Below are positions 50,619 through 62,578 of a DNA stretch of 64,000 nt, in pieces; position 1 is the stretch's first letter; each line of letters starts with the position of its first letter. Location: assembly GCA_000388065.2 (NCBI GenBank), contig KB932205.1; one strand, written 5' to 3'. The notes beneath the pieces are model-generated. The model worked only from the letters and a program-made list of their open reading frames with translations. It was not told the DNA's origin and did not search any database. Made by a program: the position numbers and the translations under genes. Origin of the DNA: Fonticula alba ATCC 38817 (taxonomy: Eukaryota > Protista > Nucleariida).

Positions 50619-51423
50619 ATGGCTGAGCTTAGGCAGCTGCTCGATCAGATCGCACGCGCCAGCACCCTGTATGAGGTCCTGGGCCTCGAGGCGGCCTCCT
50701 TCGAGGAGGCGCAAAAATACATCACCGCAGGGGCCATCCGCGGGGCGTATCTTCGCCGGGCTCTTATTCTTCACCCTGACAAGCAGTCGCTGGTGTCCGG
50801 GGCGGATGCCTCGGGCAGTGCGGGTGCCCACGCGGCCGACCCTGCGGCCGATCCCCGGCTGGCAGCCAGCTATCTGCGCCTGCGTGAGGCCTACGACACC
50901 CTGAGCACCGCGGCATCTCGGGCGCAATACGATCACAACCTGTGGCCTCCATGTGCGTGGCTCCCTGTTCCTGCCCCTCCTCCCGGGCCCCTGCCGGCCC
51001 GCTGCCCACGTCTCGGACGCCTTCCCGACGAAGGCCGGGTCACCGGCGCTACTCGACCCCAGGCTGACCCTCCTTTCCCTCCACGCCCTCTGTCTTGGCA
51101 CAGCATCGCTCTTGGTGGATGACGAGTTCAGCCTCGAGGATATGCTTTTTGATGAGGGTACGCTCGCACACCGGCAATTCCGACACCCATCCTCCCTCCC
51201 CATCCGCTGACCATTCCTCCTCCCATTGCTCCGGGCAGACGACAATATGTACACCCTGCCGTGCCGTTGCAGCGGCGTGTACCGCCTGCATGTGGACGAG
51301 ATTGACAGCCTCTACGCCGAGAGCCAGGGGGCCGGCTTCTCCAATGTTCTCTTTTGTCAGCAATGCTCGCTGAAGATCCGCATCCAATGTAGCGGGATAG
51401 GCACCGACAGTGAGGAGGCCTAA
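50619..51423 (+). CDS. DPH4: DPH4/DNAJC24: J-domain + CSL zinc finger (diphthamide biosynthesis); 3 exons
   Basis: Segments LYEVLGL...AYLRRALILHPDK...LREAYDTLS...RAQYD, then FSLEDM, YTLPCRCSGVY and CQQCSLKIRI. Confidence 0.9.
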
Positions 51424-51920
51424 GCAGCGTGTGCTAATGGCTGGTCGGCCTTCGGCCTTTCTGCTCAACCTCCTGACCATATCCCCTCCACCGGGCCTCG
51501 CGCTCGGGGTTCTGCCCCCGGTCCCGGGGCCGCGAGGCCAAGGAAAAAGCACCGAAAAAAGCAAAAAAAAAACAACAACAAGAAACAACAACATCATCAA
51601 CAGCAGCAGCTCAACAGCGACAGAGAAGCAACCATGCAGCAGGGTCCCCCTCTTTTTTCCTTCTTTTTTTTTCTCGCGGCCGCCAAGAGGGCCCCCGGGC
51701 CCGGGCGCGGGTGCCACCGGAGGGGGCCGGAATGTGATTTACTTTCGTTGGCAGGATTGTCGGGTGCTTTCCGCTGGGCTTGGGCGTTTCTCGGGGTCCT
51801 GCCGAGGGTTCGGGCTGACAAGCCCCCGGCCGCGGCCGCCCCTCCTGTTGGCAGGTGTCTGGCCCGCCCAGCGCCCCGAGGGGTGCGCATTCCAGGCGGG
51901 GGCCAGATCCTGCGTCCATT

Positions 51921-51981
<61 letters not shown>

Positions 51982-52275
51982 CGTCCTTCTCGGCCCTGCC
52001 TCGTCCAAGGGTGACCGAATTAGGGCGCCACAGGGACGGTGGGGGGGGGGGGGGGGGGGGGGGGGCAGGGCCGACGACCAGCACCGGGTTTCAGATGGCG
52101 TCCCGTCGGCTACTGGCCCGCTCAGCCACTCCACCCCCCTCCACCCCATTCTCTGCAGATTTTCCTCCCCGCTTTCATCCATCCCTTCTCTCTCTCTCTC
52201 CCCTTCTCTCTCTCTCCCCCCTTCTCTCTCTCTCCCCCTCAATACACCCCCCGCTTTCCCCAACACGGCACCCGC

Positions 52276-54783
52276 ATGATGGCCACGCCAAACGGGCCAA
52301 GCCCGGTGCCGGCCTTCTTCCGCGACGCGCCGCAGCGGACTCCCCTCGACGCGGTGGGCGCCGCCGCCCCGGCAGTGGGGGAGTTTCTGGCCCCAGCAGC
52401 CGGGTCCCCGGCGGCGGCCTTCGACTCCGCCTCCTTGGCGGTGGTGGTCTTCCCTTCGGATTCCCGAGTGGCCGGGCATCTGTTCGAGGCGCGCACCCTC
52501 TGTGGCAGTCTCTCGGCCCTGTGGACGCAACGCCCCAGGGCCGGGGACAGGACATCTGCCGTACCGGGCTCCGACCTGGTTTGCGACACCTGCTCGCAGG
52601 CGTGCGTCACCCTGCCCGGGGTGGACGCCGGTGGCGGGGCCGACGCTCCACCGGCCCCGGGACGCTTCCTCTCGGAACCGGGGCTCGGGGTGACAGCGGT
52701 GCCAGAGGCGCCGGCCCGGGCGATCTCCGACCCGACGCCGGACACCGGGTCTCCCGGCGCCGGGCTCGCTCTGTCGCCGCTGCTGGATGACATCTTCTCC
52801 ACGGCCAATCGCCTGGCTTTGTCCTTCGAGCCGGATGAAATTGCCGCCCTCAGCCATGTGTTCCTGCAGCTTGGTCGCGAGCTGGATGGCTCGGGTGCGC
52901 TTGCGAGTGTCCACACTCGCCCGGTCACGCTCCTGTGCCTTTTTTTGTCCCCCCCCCCCCGGCCGGCCACTGGCTTGAGCTGGAGCCCATTTTCCTCGCG
53001 CTGACACATGTCCAAAGACACCGTTTCCACCACCCTCTGCCCGACGGACCTGAGCAACTCCTCGGTCGCCGAGCGGCCAATTGTCCTGAAGCCACAGCGG
53101 TCATATGTGCACCATCGCCATGCGGCGGCCGCCGTGGTGGCCCTGGGGACTCGACGTGCAACCGGCTACGGTCCGGGGCCCCTGTCCGGGGCGTCCTCCT
53201 CGCCGGCCCTGCAGTCGCTGCCGACCATCTCCCTGCATCTTGGCGGGGCCGGGCCATCGGCCTCGGCAGCCTCGGCCTCGGCCTCGGCCTCGGCGGCTTC
53301 CTCCACCCCGGCAGGCTCTCTGCCCTCTTCTTCCTTCCCGGCAATCACCGTGGACCCCCAGTCGCCGGGTCTCGGTAGTGCCAGCAGCTCGCCGGCTCTC
53401 GGGCCGATCGCCCAGGCGACTGGCGGCCAGTCGCCGACCGCCTCCATCCCCGGGGCCCTGTCCACATCAGGCTCCTCCTCGTCGCTGGTGGTGCCAGGCC
53501 TGTCGTCCGGCTCGTCGCCGCTTTCCACCACGGCGCCGGTGGGGGCCCCAGCCGCCGGGGCCACCAGTGGAGGCCCCGGGCGCGCTGCCTACCCAAGCCT
53601 CGGCCTGGCGCCGCTGTCGATCTCCTCCCTGCCGGGCTTCAGCGGGTCGCACCCGTCCATCTCGAATCTCAGCACGCCTCGGTCATCGGCTCTCTCCGGC
53701 GGGTCGTCCCCACTCCTGGCGTCTTTTTCATCGGTGGAGTTGCTTCCGCCCCTGTCCGGGGTATGGTCACTTCCTGCGCATGGGTGTAGGAGGGCTTTCT
53801 TGCCTTGCGTGTTGCTGCAATTCTGACCTCCCTCATGCATTCGCCGATGCTCCCCGCGTGTCCTGCCTCTCCTACGCGCAGCCCATGTCTCTGGTCGTGG
53901 CCAAGTGCGGCCCGGTGGCTGTGGCCGTGGTTGCCTGTCACAGCGCACTCCCGACGCCGGTGGGCGCGGACGCCGTTCCCGGCCCCGGTGGGCGTCCTGG
54001 CGCTGGCGGCGTGTCCCTGGCCAAGTCCTGCGCCTCCTCGCCGGATCATCTGCACGACGCCTTCCGGCGCCTCCTCCTGCACCGGCTGGCCATCCCCGCG
54101 GCGCAGGTGTTCGCTGCCCAGTGGCATGCGGATGTTTTGCGTGCCGTGTCGGCCGGCCTGCCGGATGAAGTACGTCGCCTGTCCAGCTCCATTCCTGCCA
54201 CTCCTCTGCCCTTGGCTTCCATGCGCCGGGACTGACGGCCCGTGCCTTTCTCCTCTCGCCGCCGGGCTCGGTGTCTCTTGCTCTTGTCCCCTTTTTTTTT
54301 CCCCGGCTTCCGGTCCCTTCTCGATGTCGGGCATAGCGCCTGGCCGATGACACTCCGCTGCATTTCCGGGACTTCCACGCGGACATCTCCCTCCTTCTTG
54401 GCCGAGCGGCCGGGCTGAATGCCTTCCGGTTCCCGCTGATCCGGCCCATTCCCTTGTTGCTGCCCTCGGGCTTCCGCCGGGTCTCGTGGTTCCCGGTGGA
54501 TGATGTGCTTGACAGCCTTTCGGCTCTGTCGCTGGAGGCGGACTATTTTGACCGGCAGGTGACCGGCGTCGGTGGGGCCCCTGCGGCTGGGAGCGCCCCC
54601 CGGCTGCGTTTCTCCCATCGGTGCCAGTGCGCCGCGCTGACGGAGGCCATCGACGCCGGGTTGGCCTCGGCGCCGCGGCCCCCGCCGCCGGAGGCCGCCA
54701 CCGATGAGGACGCCCACTTGCTGGCCCTCAGCGGGGGATCCCATCGATCCATGTCGACTTGTTCCTTCACAACAGCCATCTGA
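52276..54783 (+). CDS. Hypothetical multi-exon protein with a Ser-rich low-complexity middle; no confident family
   Basis: Consecutive GC3-biased ORF segments are separated by canonical intron-like CT-rich spacers. The 3' end is uncertain. Confidence 0.5.
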
Positions 54784-54909
54784 TTTGCCTCGGCCCCGGG
54801 CGGGCACGCAATGCACCGGTCCAAATGCCCACCCTCGGCCTGCCTGTCGCTTCTTGTCTTCTCCATCATCCCGGACTTGCCGGCAATTGGGTCACAGGGG
54901 GAGAGGTAT

Positions 54910-56587
54910 CTATTGGAAGTGGAGGTCTCGAGTCGGGCCCGGACACTGTGATCGGCTGGATCCCCCGGGAGAGTCCGCCGGCTCGAAGTGATCCATGCAC
55001 CAGATGCAAAATGTGTGACGCCTGCGAAGATGTTCATTCACCTCGCTCAGGCGATCCGCCACCTGGGAAGCGGCATGGACAGCGATTAGTAGGGGGAGGG
55101 GGGGGGGGCAAAGGGGAGGCCACCGGAATCCGGCATGATGTAGGGGAGAAGGAAAAGGGAAGAAAAAGAGGAAGCGGCGTGTACCTCAAGCGCCTCGAAG
55201 ACCGAGCATCCGGATACTCCGATGCGGCATGGCGGCCCGGTGGCAGTGGGCGGGTCTCCAGGCAAAGGCTCCGACGGGGCGGCCCCCATGCTGGCTTCGG
55301 GCATATCACTGGCAGTTCCACCCTGGGCAGTGGCCACAGTGGCAACTTCCGGGGCGGTGGCAAGCATGTCGGCCTTCGAGAGCGCGGCCGGCTCGCCAAT
55401 CTCCGACGGGGCATCGGCCTCGCCTTCGGAGTCCCGGGGGGAAGCCCGACCATTGGCTTCGGTGGGGGGAGCCACCTCCCCGGGGGCTGGGCTTCCTGGG
55501 CCGGAGGCGACATCGCAGTGGAGGCAGGTGTCCGGAGGCGTTGGGATCTCCTGCACTGAGGTGAATCTTTTCGCCCAGAGGATCGGCCAGAGACACGATG
55601 GTGGGATGTTCTGCGGCGAGGGGGGCAGGTGAGGAAGGGGCAACTGATTACGGGGGATCGGGGAAGCAGGGAGGAGCGAGGCAAAGGGCCGGGGAAAAGG
55701 GCCACCGGCACGGGGACATACCTGCTTCAGGTCCAGACGGAAGCACAGCTTACGGGCGGCGCGCTCATCGTTGGCGTCCTGCCGGGAGCTTCGAGCCTGG
55801 AAAACCCGCTCGGCATAGTGTGCCGGTTCGGCGGGCATGGAGGAATCGGCCGCCGCGTCGGCCACAAACGGCGCGGCCAGTTCGTCCATGCCAAAGCCCA
55901 GCCCCAGACGATGGCCCACTGCCGGGATGCCAGGAGCGGGGATGTGAGTCGGACGAGGGGACAAACGGCGCAAGGGGGGGGGGGGGGGCCGAGGGTGGCT
56001 CGTACGCACGTTCAAACCGATCGAGGTCTACCTGGATGGGCGCAGGGGGGATGGCACTTGAGGAGGCGCCGCCAGGCGGGGCTCCCACCACTCCGGAAAA
56101 GATGGAATCGCCTCCGGGCTTCGGGGCCGTTTCTCCATACAGCAGTCTGAAGCCCTTGTTGTCGCTCTGCAGGGGCTTCTGCATGCCATCGCGGAGGGCG
56201 TCCATGGCTCGCTCGGCCAGGGGCAGCGTGCGCGCTGGGCCGCTACGGCATGCCCGAAGAGAGGAAGGACCGGTCAGCGCCATGGCAAGGGGGAAAGGGG
56301 AGGAGCAGGAAGGCTGGGCTCCAGTCGGCATACCGCTTTTTGGTGACCATTTTGGCGGGGCGTCGCCCGGTCAGCGACCGGGACTTCTGCAAGGCATCTT
56401 CAGCGGCCTGGAGCACCGCGTCCGACATGTAATCCAACTCCTCCTCGCTCGAGGAATCCCGCTCGGCCGAGGGGTCCATGGCTGTGGCGCCTCCGAGGGC
56501 GGATGGCGGAAGAGCGGGGTACTCCGCCGGGGGAGGCGGCCAGGTGTTCTCCTGGCCCGGACTCGAGGGCGGCGACGAGTCAAACAT
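54910..56587 (-). CDS. GPATCH11: GPATCH11/CCDC75-like protein with a degenerate G-patch and a C-terminal DUF4187-type Cys/His motif; multi-exon
   Basis: Segments EEELDYMSDAVL, SDNKGFRLL, PIQVDL, RLGLG and ERAARKLCFRLD; the last exon reads LSEVNEHLRRRHTFCIWCMDHF...CPGPTRDLHFQ*. Confidence 0.78.
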
Positions 56588-57655
56588 CCGCGAGTATGTA
56601 TGAGTCAAGGCGGCAGAGCGAGCAACGAAGGAGGCAGAGGACTGGAGACAAGGGGAGAGGCGCGGTACTGGCAACCAAAATGCGCTTGTGGCAGCAGGGT
56701 CGCCACTCTTGCCATGTGCGGGAGTGGGAGCAGGTGGAGGGCAGATGGTGGCTCTCCGGGTGAGAGGGAGGGGGCCGTGCCGGCGGGGCGGCATCCGGGC
56801 TTGTTTTATTTTTTTTTCCCAACTCCCCTCTGACCGGATTGCATTCCTGGCGAGGGGTGATCGGCGAGCAGGCCCGCATGTGACGCATCACGAGGCGGCA
56901 TGATCCCGGAGCACATAAATGCCATTCCAATCGTTACTATTTGAAAATCCACCCACATCGCCAGGGCCGACCAGGGGCACCGCCCCGGGAGCCGGGGGGA
57001 TCGGGACAGGAAATCCGTGGCGCCTGACAATCTGCATGGTGGCATGCTAGTAGTGTCTACCTGCCTGGGATCCTACGCTGGCTGGGGTATTGCACGCATA
57101 GGTGGGCGAGGGGGGGGGGGGGGGGGGGGGGCCGGACCGGGGCGGGGTGGCACGCCGCCGGGGGATCGGCCAGACCCCTGCCAATTCCCCGGTACTCGCG
57201 GGGCTGGCTCCCGCGGCGCCCCCCCTCCTCGTTCCCGGGGCCGGGGCCCGAGAGGAAGAGCCCGGTGGGGCCCGTTGCCCGTTGCCGAGCAGGCGGAAGC
57301 CGGGCCAGGGCGCTGGGGAGCTGCCACCTGAGCGCCCGGCAGCCAGATCGCCGCTCTGGGGAGGGGGGGGGGGGGGGGGGGGCCGGGCGGCTCCAGGCGA
57401 AAACCCCGGGGGGGGGGCACTTATCAGGAAGGACGCGGCGGGCTCTCGGAGCCTCCAACGGCCAGATCCTGCCTCCCCCACCCTCTGCGCCGCTCCCGCC
57501 TCCGCTTATTTGGCTGACCGCCAAAGAAAAACATTTGCCCCGGCGCGCCCCGCATTCGCACAGACACACACACACACACACCCAGTCCATATATATCTCC
57601 CTCTCGCTCTCCCCTTCTTCGTTCCTCCCCCCTCCCCCCCGCGCCCCGGCCCGAC

Positions 57656-60600
57656 ATGACCGCCTTGGCCACCATGCGCGCCGAGCTGGCTGCGCAGCTC
57701 CCCGAGACCGGGACTGCCAGCCTCGGAGACCACTTCTGCCTTGTGGAGCAGGAGTCTCCGGCCGAGGCGGACTTCATCCTGGAGGAGCATTTCCCGGTCC
57801 TGTCCGGCGCCGAGATCGGGGCTGCCCACTTGACCGAGGGGTTCTTCGATCCGCGCAGCCCGGCGCTTGTGCGGCTCCGCACGCCGGTCCGCCCGGGCGC
57901 GGCCCCGATGGCCGATCGCCACCCGCTGGCCGCGCACCTTGCGCTGGCCCATCTCGAGGAGGGGTTCTTCGACCCGCGCAGCCCGTCGGCCGTGGTGCAC
58001 CGGACCCCGGTCAAGCCTGGTACCATGGCCGAGGCCCCGGCCACTCCGAGCCCCCCGGTCCCCGAGCCGTCGGGGGTCGCTGCGGCCACCGCGCGCATGG
58101 CCTCGGCCGATCTGGATGAGGGCTTTTTCGACCCGCGCAGCCCGGCCATCCTCCTTCACCGGACTCCGGTTCGGCCGCTGGACAAGCCGACGGTCCACGC
58201 GGCGCGCATGGCCTCGGCCCAGCTGGAAGATGGTTTCTTTGATCCCCGTAGCCCGGCGGCCGTGTTGCACCGGACCCCGGTCCGTCCGGGCGGTGCTGCT
58301 GCCCCTGCACCGGGGGCCTCTGTCCACCCGGGGCATGTGGCCCGGATGGCGTCGGCCGATTTGGCCGAGGGGTTCTTCGATCCGCGCAGCCCGGCGGCCG
58401 TGCTGCACCGGACCCCGGTGCGGCCGGCCACCACTGCCCCCGCCGTGGCCCCGGCCGATGGGTCTGTCCATGGTGCTGCGCGTTTGGCATCGGCCGAGCT
58501 GGAGGAGGGGTTCTTCGACCCGCGGAGCCCGGCGGCCGTGCTGCGTCGGACGCCGGTCCGGCCAGGCGCCACGGCCCCTGGGTCATCCATCCGCATGCAC
58601 ATTGCGCGCTTGGCGTCGGCCGACTTGGATGCCGGGTGCTTCGACCCGCGGAGCCCGTCGGCGGTGCTGAGCCGGACGCCGGTCCGCCCGGGCACGAGCC
58701 AGGCCGCATCCTCTCGGCGCCCGGCCACCGTCCACATCGCGCGCCTGGCTGCTGCCCACCTGGAGGAGGGGTTCTTCGACCCGCGGAGCCCGTCGGCGGT
58801 CCTGCACCGGACGCCGGTCCGGCCGGGCGAGCCCTCGGCCGCCTCCCTGGCCAGGGATCCGACCACGCCCCGCGCGCCCGCCACGGCCGTGGTGCGCCTG
58901 GCTGCGGCCCATCTGGAGGAGGGTTTCTTCGATCCCCGGAGCCCGACGGCTCTGGTTCACCGGACCCCGGTCCGGCCGGCCGAAGACCCGGTGCCCACCT
59001 TCATGGCAGACCCGACGGCCCTTGTCGCGCGCCTGGCCGCTGCTCGGCTGGAGGAGGGGTTCTTCGACCCGCGGAGCCCGTCGGCNNNNNNNNNNGTGCC
59101 CACCTTCATGGCAGACCCGACGGCCCTTGTCGCGCGCCTGGCCGCTGCTCGGCTGGAGGAGGGGTTCTTCGACCCGCGGAGCCCGTCGGCTGTCTTCCGT
59201 CGGACGCCGGTCCGGCCGGAGGGCCCTGCCCTCGCCGAGGCGCCGGTCACGACCAACCCCCGGGTGTACGAGGCCCGTCTGGCGTCGGGCGACCTGGATG
59301 AGGGCTTTTTCGACCCGCGGAGCCCGGCGGCCGTGCTGCACCGGACGCCAGTCCGGCCGGGCACGGCGGCCACTCTGCCGGGCCCCCACGTGGCGCACAT
59401 GGCCTCGGCCCAGCTTGCTGATGGGTTCTTCGACCCGCGCAGTCCGGCGGCCGTGTTGCACCGGACGCCGGTCCGGCCAGGCACTGCCGCCCCGGCTGCC
59501 GCGGCCCCCCTGGCGCGTCTGGCCTCTGCCGACCTGGAGGCCGGGTTCTTCGATCCCCGGAGCCCATCGGCCGTGCTTCACCGGACGCCGGTCCGGCCGG
59601 GAGTGGCCCCGGTTGAGGCCAACCCCCGCGTGCATGCTGCGCGCCTGGCATCGGCCGACTTGGAGGCGGGGTTCTTCGACCCGCGTAGCCCGTCGGTGGT
59701 CATGCACCGGACTCCGGTTCGGCCGGCCGACCCGCCGGCCGCCATGCCGCCATCCACCGTGTGCCTGGCGTCGGCCGACCTGGAGGAGGGGTTCTTCGAT
59801 CCGCGCAGTCCGACGGCCGTGCTGTGCCGGACGCCGGTCCGGCCGGCCGAGGCGGCCGCCGGTCCGGGCACGCCCTCCCCCCCGGCGGCCGCGCGCTTGG
59901 CATCGGCCGATCTGGCGGCCGGGTTCTTCGACCCGCGGAGCCCGACGGCCGTGCTGCACCGGACGCCGGTCCAGCCATCGTCGGCCGCCGCCCCGGGCTC
60001 GGATGCGGCCTTCGACCCGCGGAGCCCGTTGCTGGTCGTGCGCCGGACGCCGGTCAAGGTCTTCCGCTTTGGCACCGCCACCATGGTCGCCGAGGGGCCG
60101 GCCCCGGACGCGGTCAGCCCCGCGGCCACGGTTTGCTGGTCGCTGGAGCCCGTGGTGCCGGGTGTGCCTGATGCCGGGTCCGAGCCCCTCGAGCCCGGGA
60201 TGGCGGACGCCGCCAAGCCCGAGCCGGAGGCCGTTTCGCTGCTGGTGCGCATGGCCTCGGCCGACCTGGATGAGGGGGCCTTCGATCCGCGCAGCCCGGC
60301 GGTCGTCCGCCGCCGGACGCCCGTCCGCCCGGCCGACACACACACCGCCCCTGGGCCCGCCCCGGCCGAGGCGCCCACCACGCCGGCCCAACCAGCCGAC
60401 CGGTCTCTCTACATCAGCATTGGGAGCTTGTCCCTCATGCCGAGCCCAGGCCGCCTGTCGACCATGGACAGCGCGGCCGAGGAGGAGCTGCAGCTCCTGT
60501 CCCCGGCCGACGTTGCTGCCGTTGCGTTGCTGGCGACCAAGCCGACCGATGCCGCGGTCGCAGCTCCCTCCGACGAGACTGTCTCCGCCGAGGCTCCCGC

Positions 60601-61733
60601 CACAACGCCTGCCTCTGCCGAGTCCCCCACCGCAGAGTCCCCCACCGCGGAGTCCCCCACCGCGGAGTCCCCCACCGCGGAGGCCGCCAGCGCGGAGGCC
60701 CCTGCCGCGGAGGCCCCCGCCGTTTCCACTCCTAATGTCCCTGTCCGGCCCCTGGGGTCGCAGGTTCTTTTCAAACCAACTCTGGGCCTTTCCTCCCCGG
60801 CTGCGCCCCGGAAGAATGGTGCGTTCGTTGTGCTGCTCGCTGTCGAGCCCCTGCCGCGCCACAGACCGGCCCCCCCCCTGTGACTGTGATATTGACCCCT
60901 TGTGGATGTCCCTCCTTGTTTTTTTTCTTTCCTTTTTTTGCTATCCCCTCCTCCTCCCCCCCCCACTGCACGTAGCCACCTCGCATGGTACACCGACGAC
61001 CGCTGGCGGCCGGTCGGGCTTCGTGCTGCCCGGGGTGACCTCCAGTACGCCCAACCGGCGCCGCGCGCTGGGCCTGGACTCGAGTGCGGCTGGCGGCTCG
61101 CCGCTGGGCGCCAGTCCCTCGCGTCTGGCCACCGGCACAGTGCTGCCCTTCAGTTCGCCGGCCGGTGGGGGGCCGGCGCCGGCCCTGGCCGCGCGTGCCC
61201 GGTCCCGGTCGACCCTTGGCCCGATGGTTCTGCCGTCGGCGGTTGCCGCGGACTCGCCGGCGGCCGGGGCCACATCGGCGGCGGGCACTTCGCGCCCGGG
61301 CATGCGGTCCTCCGGCCCCGGCGCCCTGGTGCCTGGGCGCCTGCAAATCGACACGACGCTGGCCGCTCGGGCCGCGGCCGCCACCGGCTCGCCGCGTGTC
61401 GACTCGACCACCACCCCCCGCGAGCCGCTGTCTGCCACCGGCCCCCTCAGCGCCAACACCCTCTTCCCGGCGGCCCATGTGCAGCTTGGCGGCGTGGGCC
61501 AGGAGAATGCCGGGCCTGGGGGCTCCTTTGCCAGTGGTGCCGGCGCCGGCGCTGCCGCTGGCACCCCGGGCAAGAAGCTGGCCTCCGGTGCATCTGGTGG
61601 CACCCCGGGCATGAAGTTGGCCCCTGGCGGCGCCGGTCCGCTGGTGCCGGACCTGGTGGGGCGCGGTGTCGGTCGCACTCCCCTCACACCGCTCACCCTC
61701 ACAGGCCCCGACTCGCCGCTCATCATCCGCTAG
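57656..61733 (+). CDS. Large disordered protein with about 18 repeats of (R)LASADLEEGFFDPRSPxAVLHRTPVRP; CDCA3/Tome-1-like motif expansion; intron about 60819-60975
   Basis: ORF 57656-60883 plus a spliced last exon ending DSPLIIR*. There are 19 DPRSP occurrences, one probably an assembly duplicate. The C-terminus carries RRALGLDS (D-box-like) and GRTPLTPL. Confidence 0.85.
57810..60330 (+). repeat. Degenerate coding repeat array; conserved core of about 85 nt with variable spacers
   Basis: The core ttcttcgacccgcgnagcccg...cggacnccggtccggccg recurs with synonymous variation. Confidence 0.95.
60615..60720 (+). repeat. 15-bp coding tandem repeat (AESPT)n/(AEAPA)
   Basis: gcggagtcccccacc-type units are seen directly. 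Confidence 0.85.
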
Positions 61734-62578
61734 AGGGGCCATGGGACCCGTGGCGTCTCGCGCGCACATGTGCACGCGCCTCCCTCCCCTCCCCCCCCCC
61801 CCCTGCGCGAGATCTGCCCTCACCTCGTCCTGACCGCCCCCCCTCCGGTTTATCCTGCGCGCACGCCCTGGCGTGGCTGCGCCCCACATGTTTCCCGTCT
61901 TTCATTTCGCGTGCACATTCTTGCCCCCTCCCCCTCCCTCCCCCCGTGTATATACAGAGGTTCTGCCATCCTTTTTTTTTGTCTTGTGTCCCCGGCCGGT
62001 TACACGTCCCCGTCTCATGCGTCTCGGCCCAGCCGGTCCGATCGCGGCGCTTCCTGGGTCTACCCGTATCTGCCAACGAAAGAGGATCATGTGGCGGGCA
62101 TCGCCGTTATCTTTTCAAATTTCCCTCGCGACCTTGGCCGTGGCTTCCTCCTGACTCGATCTCACGCCCGGGGAGGAGCGGAGGAAGCACCGAGGCGGGG
62201 GGAGAGGGGCGAGACAGGGGCAGACATTGTGGGCAGATCGGAACACCGAGCCACAGTCGGCTTTCTCTCTGTCTCTCCTCCTCGCCTCTCGCCGTCCCCC
62301 CTCTCTCTCGGGCAGACAGGGATCCGGGATCGGATGGCTCGATGTCAAAATAAAAAAGCCCCAGCGGCGGAGGCGGCCCCCCCGGTCGGCACTCCTCTTC
62401 CCCCCCCCCCCCCCCCCACCCTTTCCGCAGTTGTCCTTGCCTGGCCTCCCCCCTCGCCTCACCCTCGCTCGCCTCCCCTTCTCTCCCCCTCTTTGTTTTT
62501 CTCTCTCCTCCTCTCTTCCCCTCCCCCCCCCCCCCATCTCATCAGCCACCACCCCACCGGGTCCCCCTAGACAGCATC

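Noticed and set aside
54759-55559. 266-aa plus-strand ORF
   Set aside because: It overlaps the conserved last exons of GPATCH11 on the opposite strand, so it is treated as a shadow.
58991-59190. Identical 95-bp duplication inside the repeat gene
   Set aside because: The two copies flank a 10-N gap and are identical while all other units diverge, which points to unmerged overlapping contig ends.
57810-60330. CRISPR-like repeat-spacer appearance of the array
   Set aside because: The repeats are degenerate, in-frame and protein-coding, the genome is eukaryotic, and no cas genes are present.
58583-60862. 759-aa minus-strand and alternate-frame repeat ORFs over the DPRSP gene
   Set aside because: These are shadows of the plus-strand repeat. 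Only the plus frame conserves the peptide, with third-position variation.
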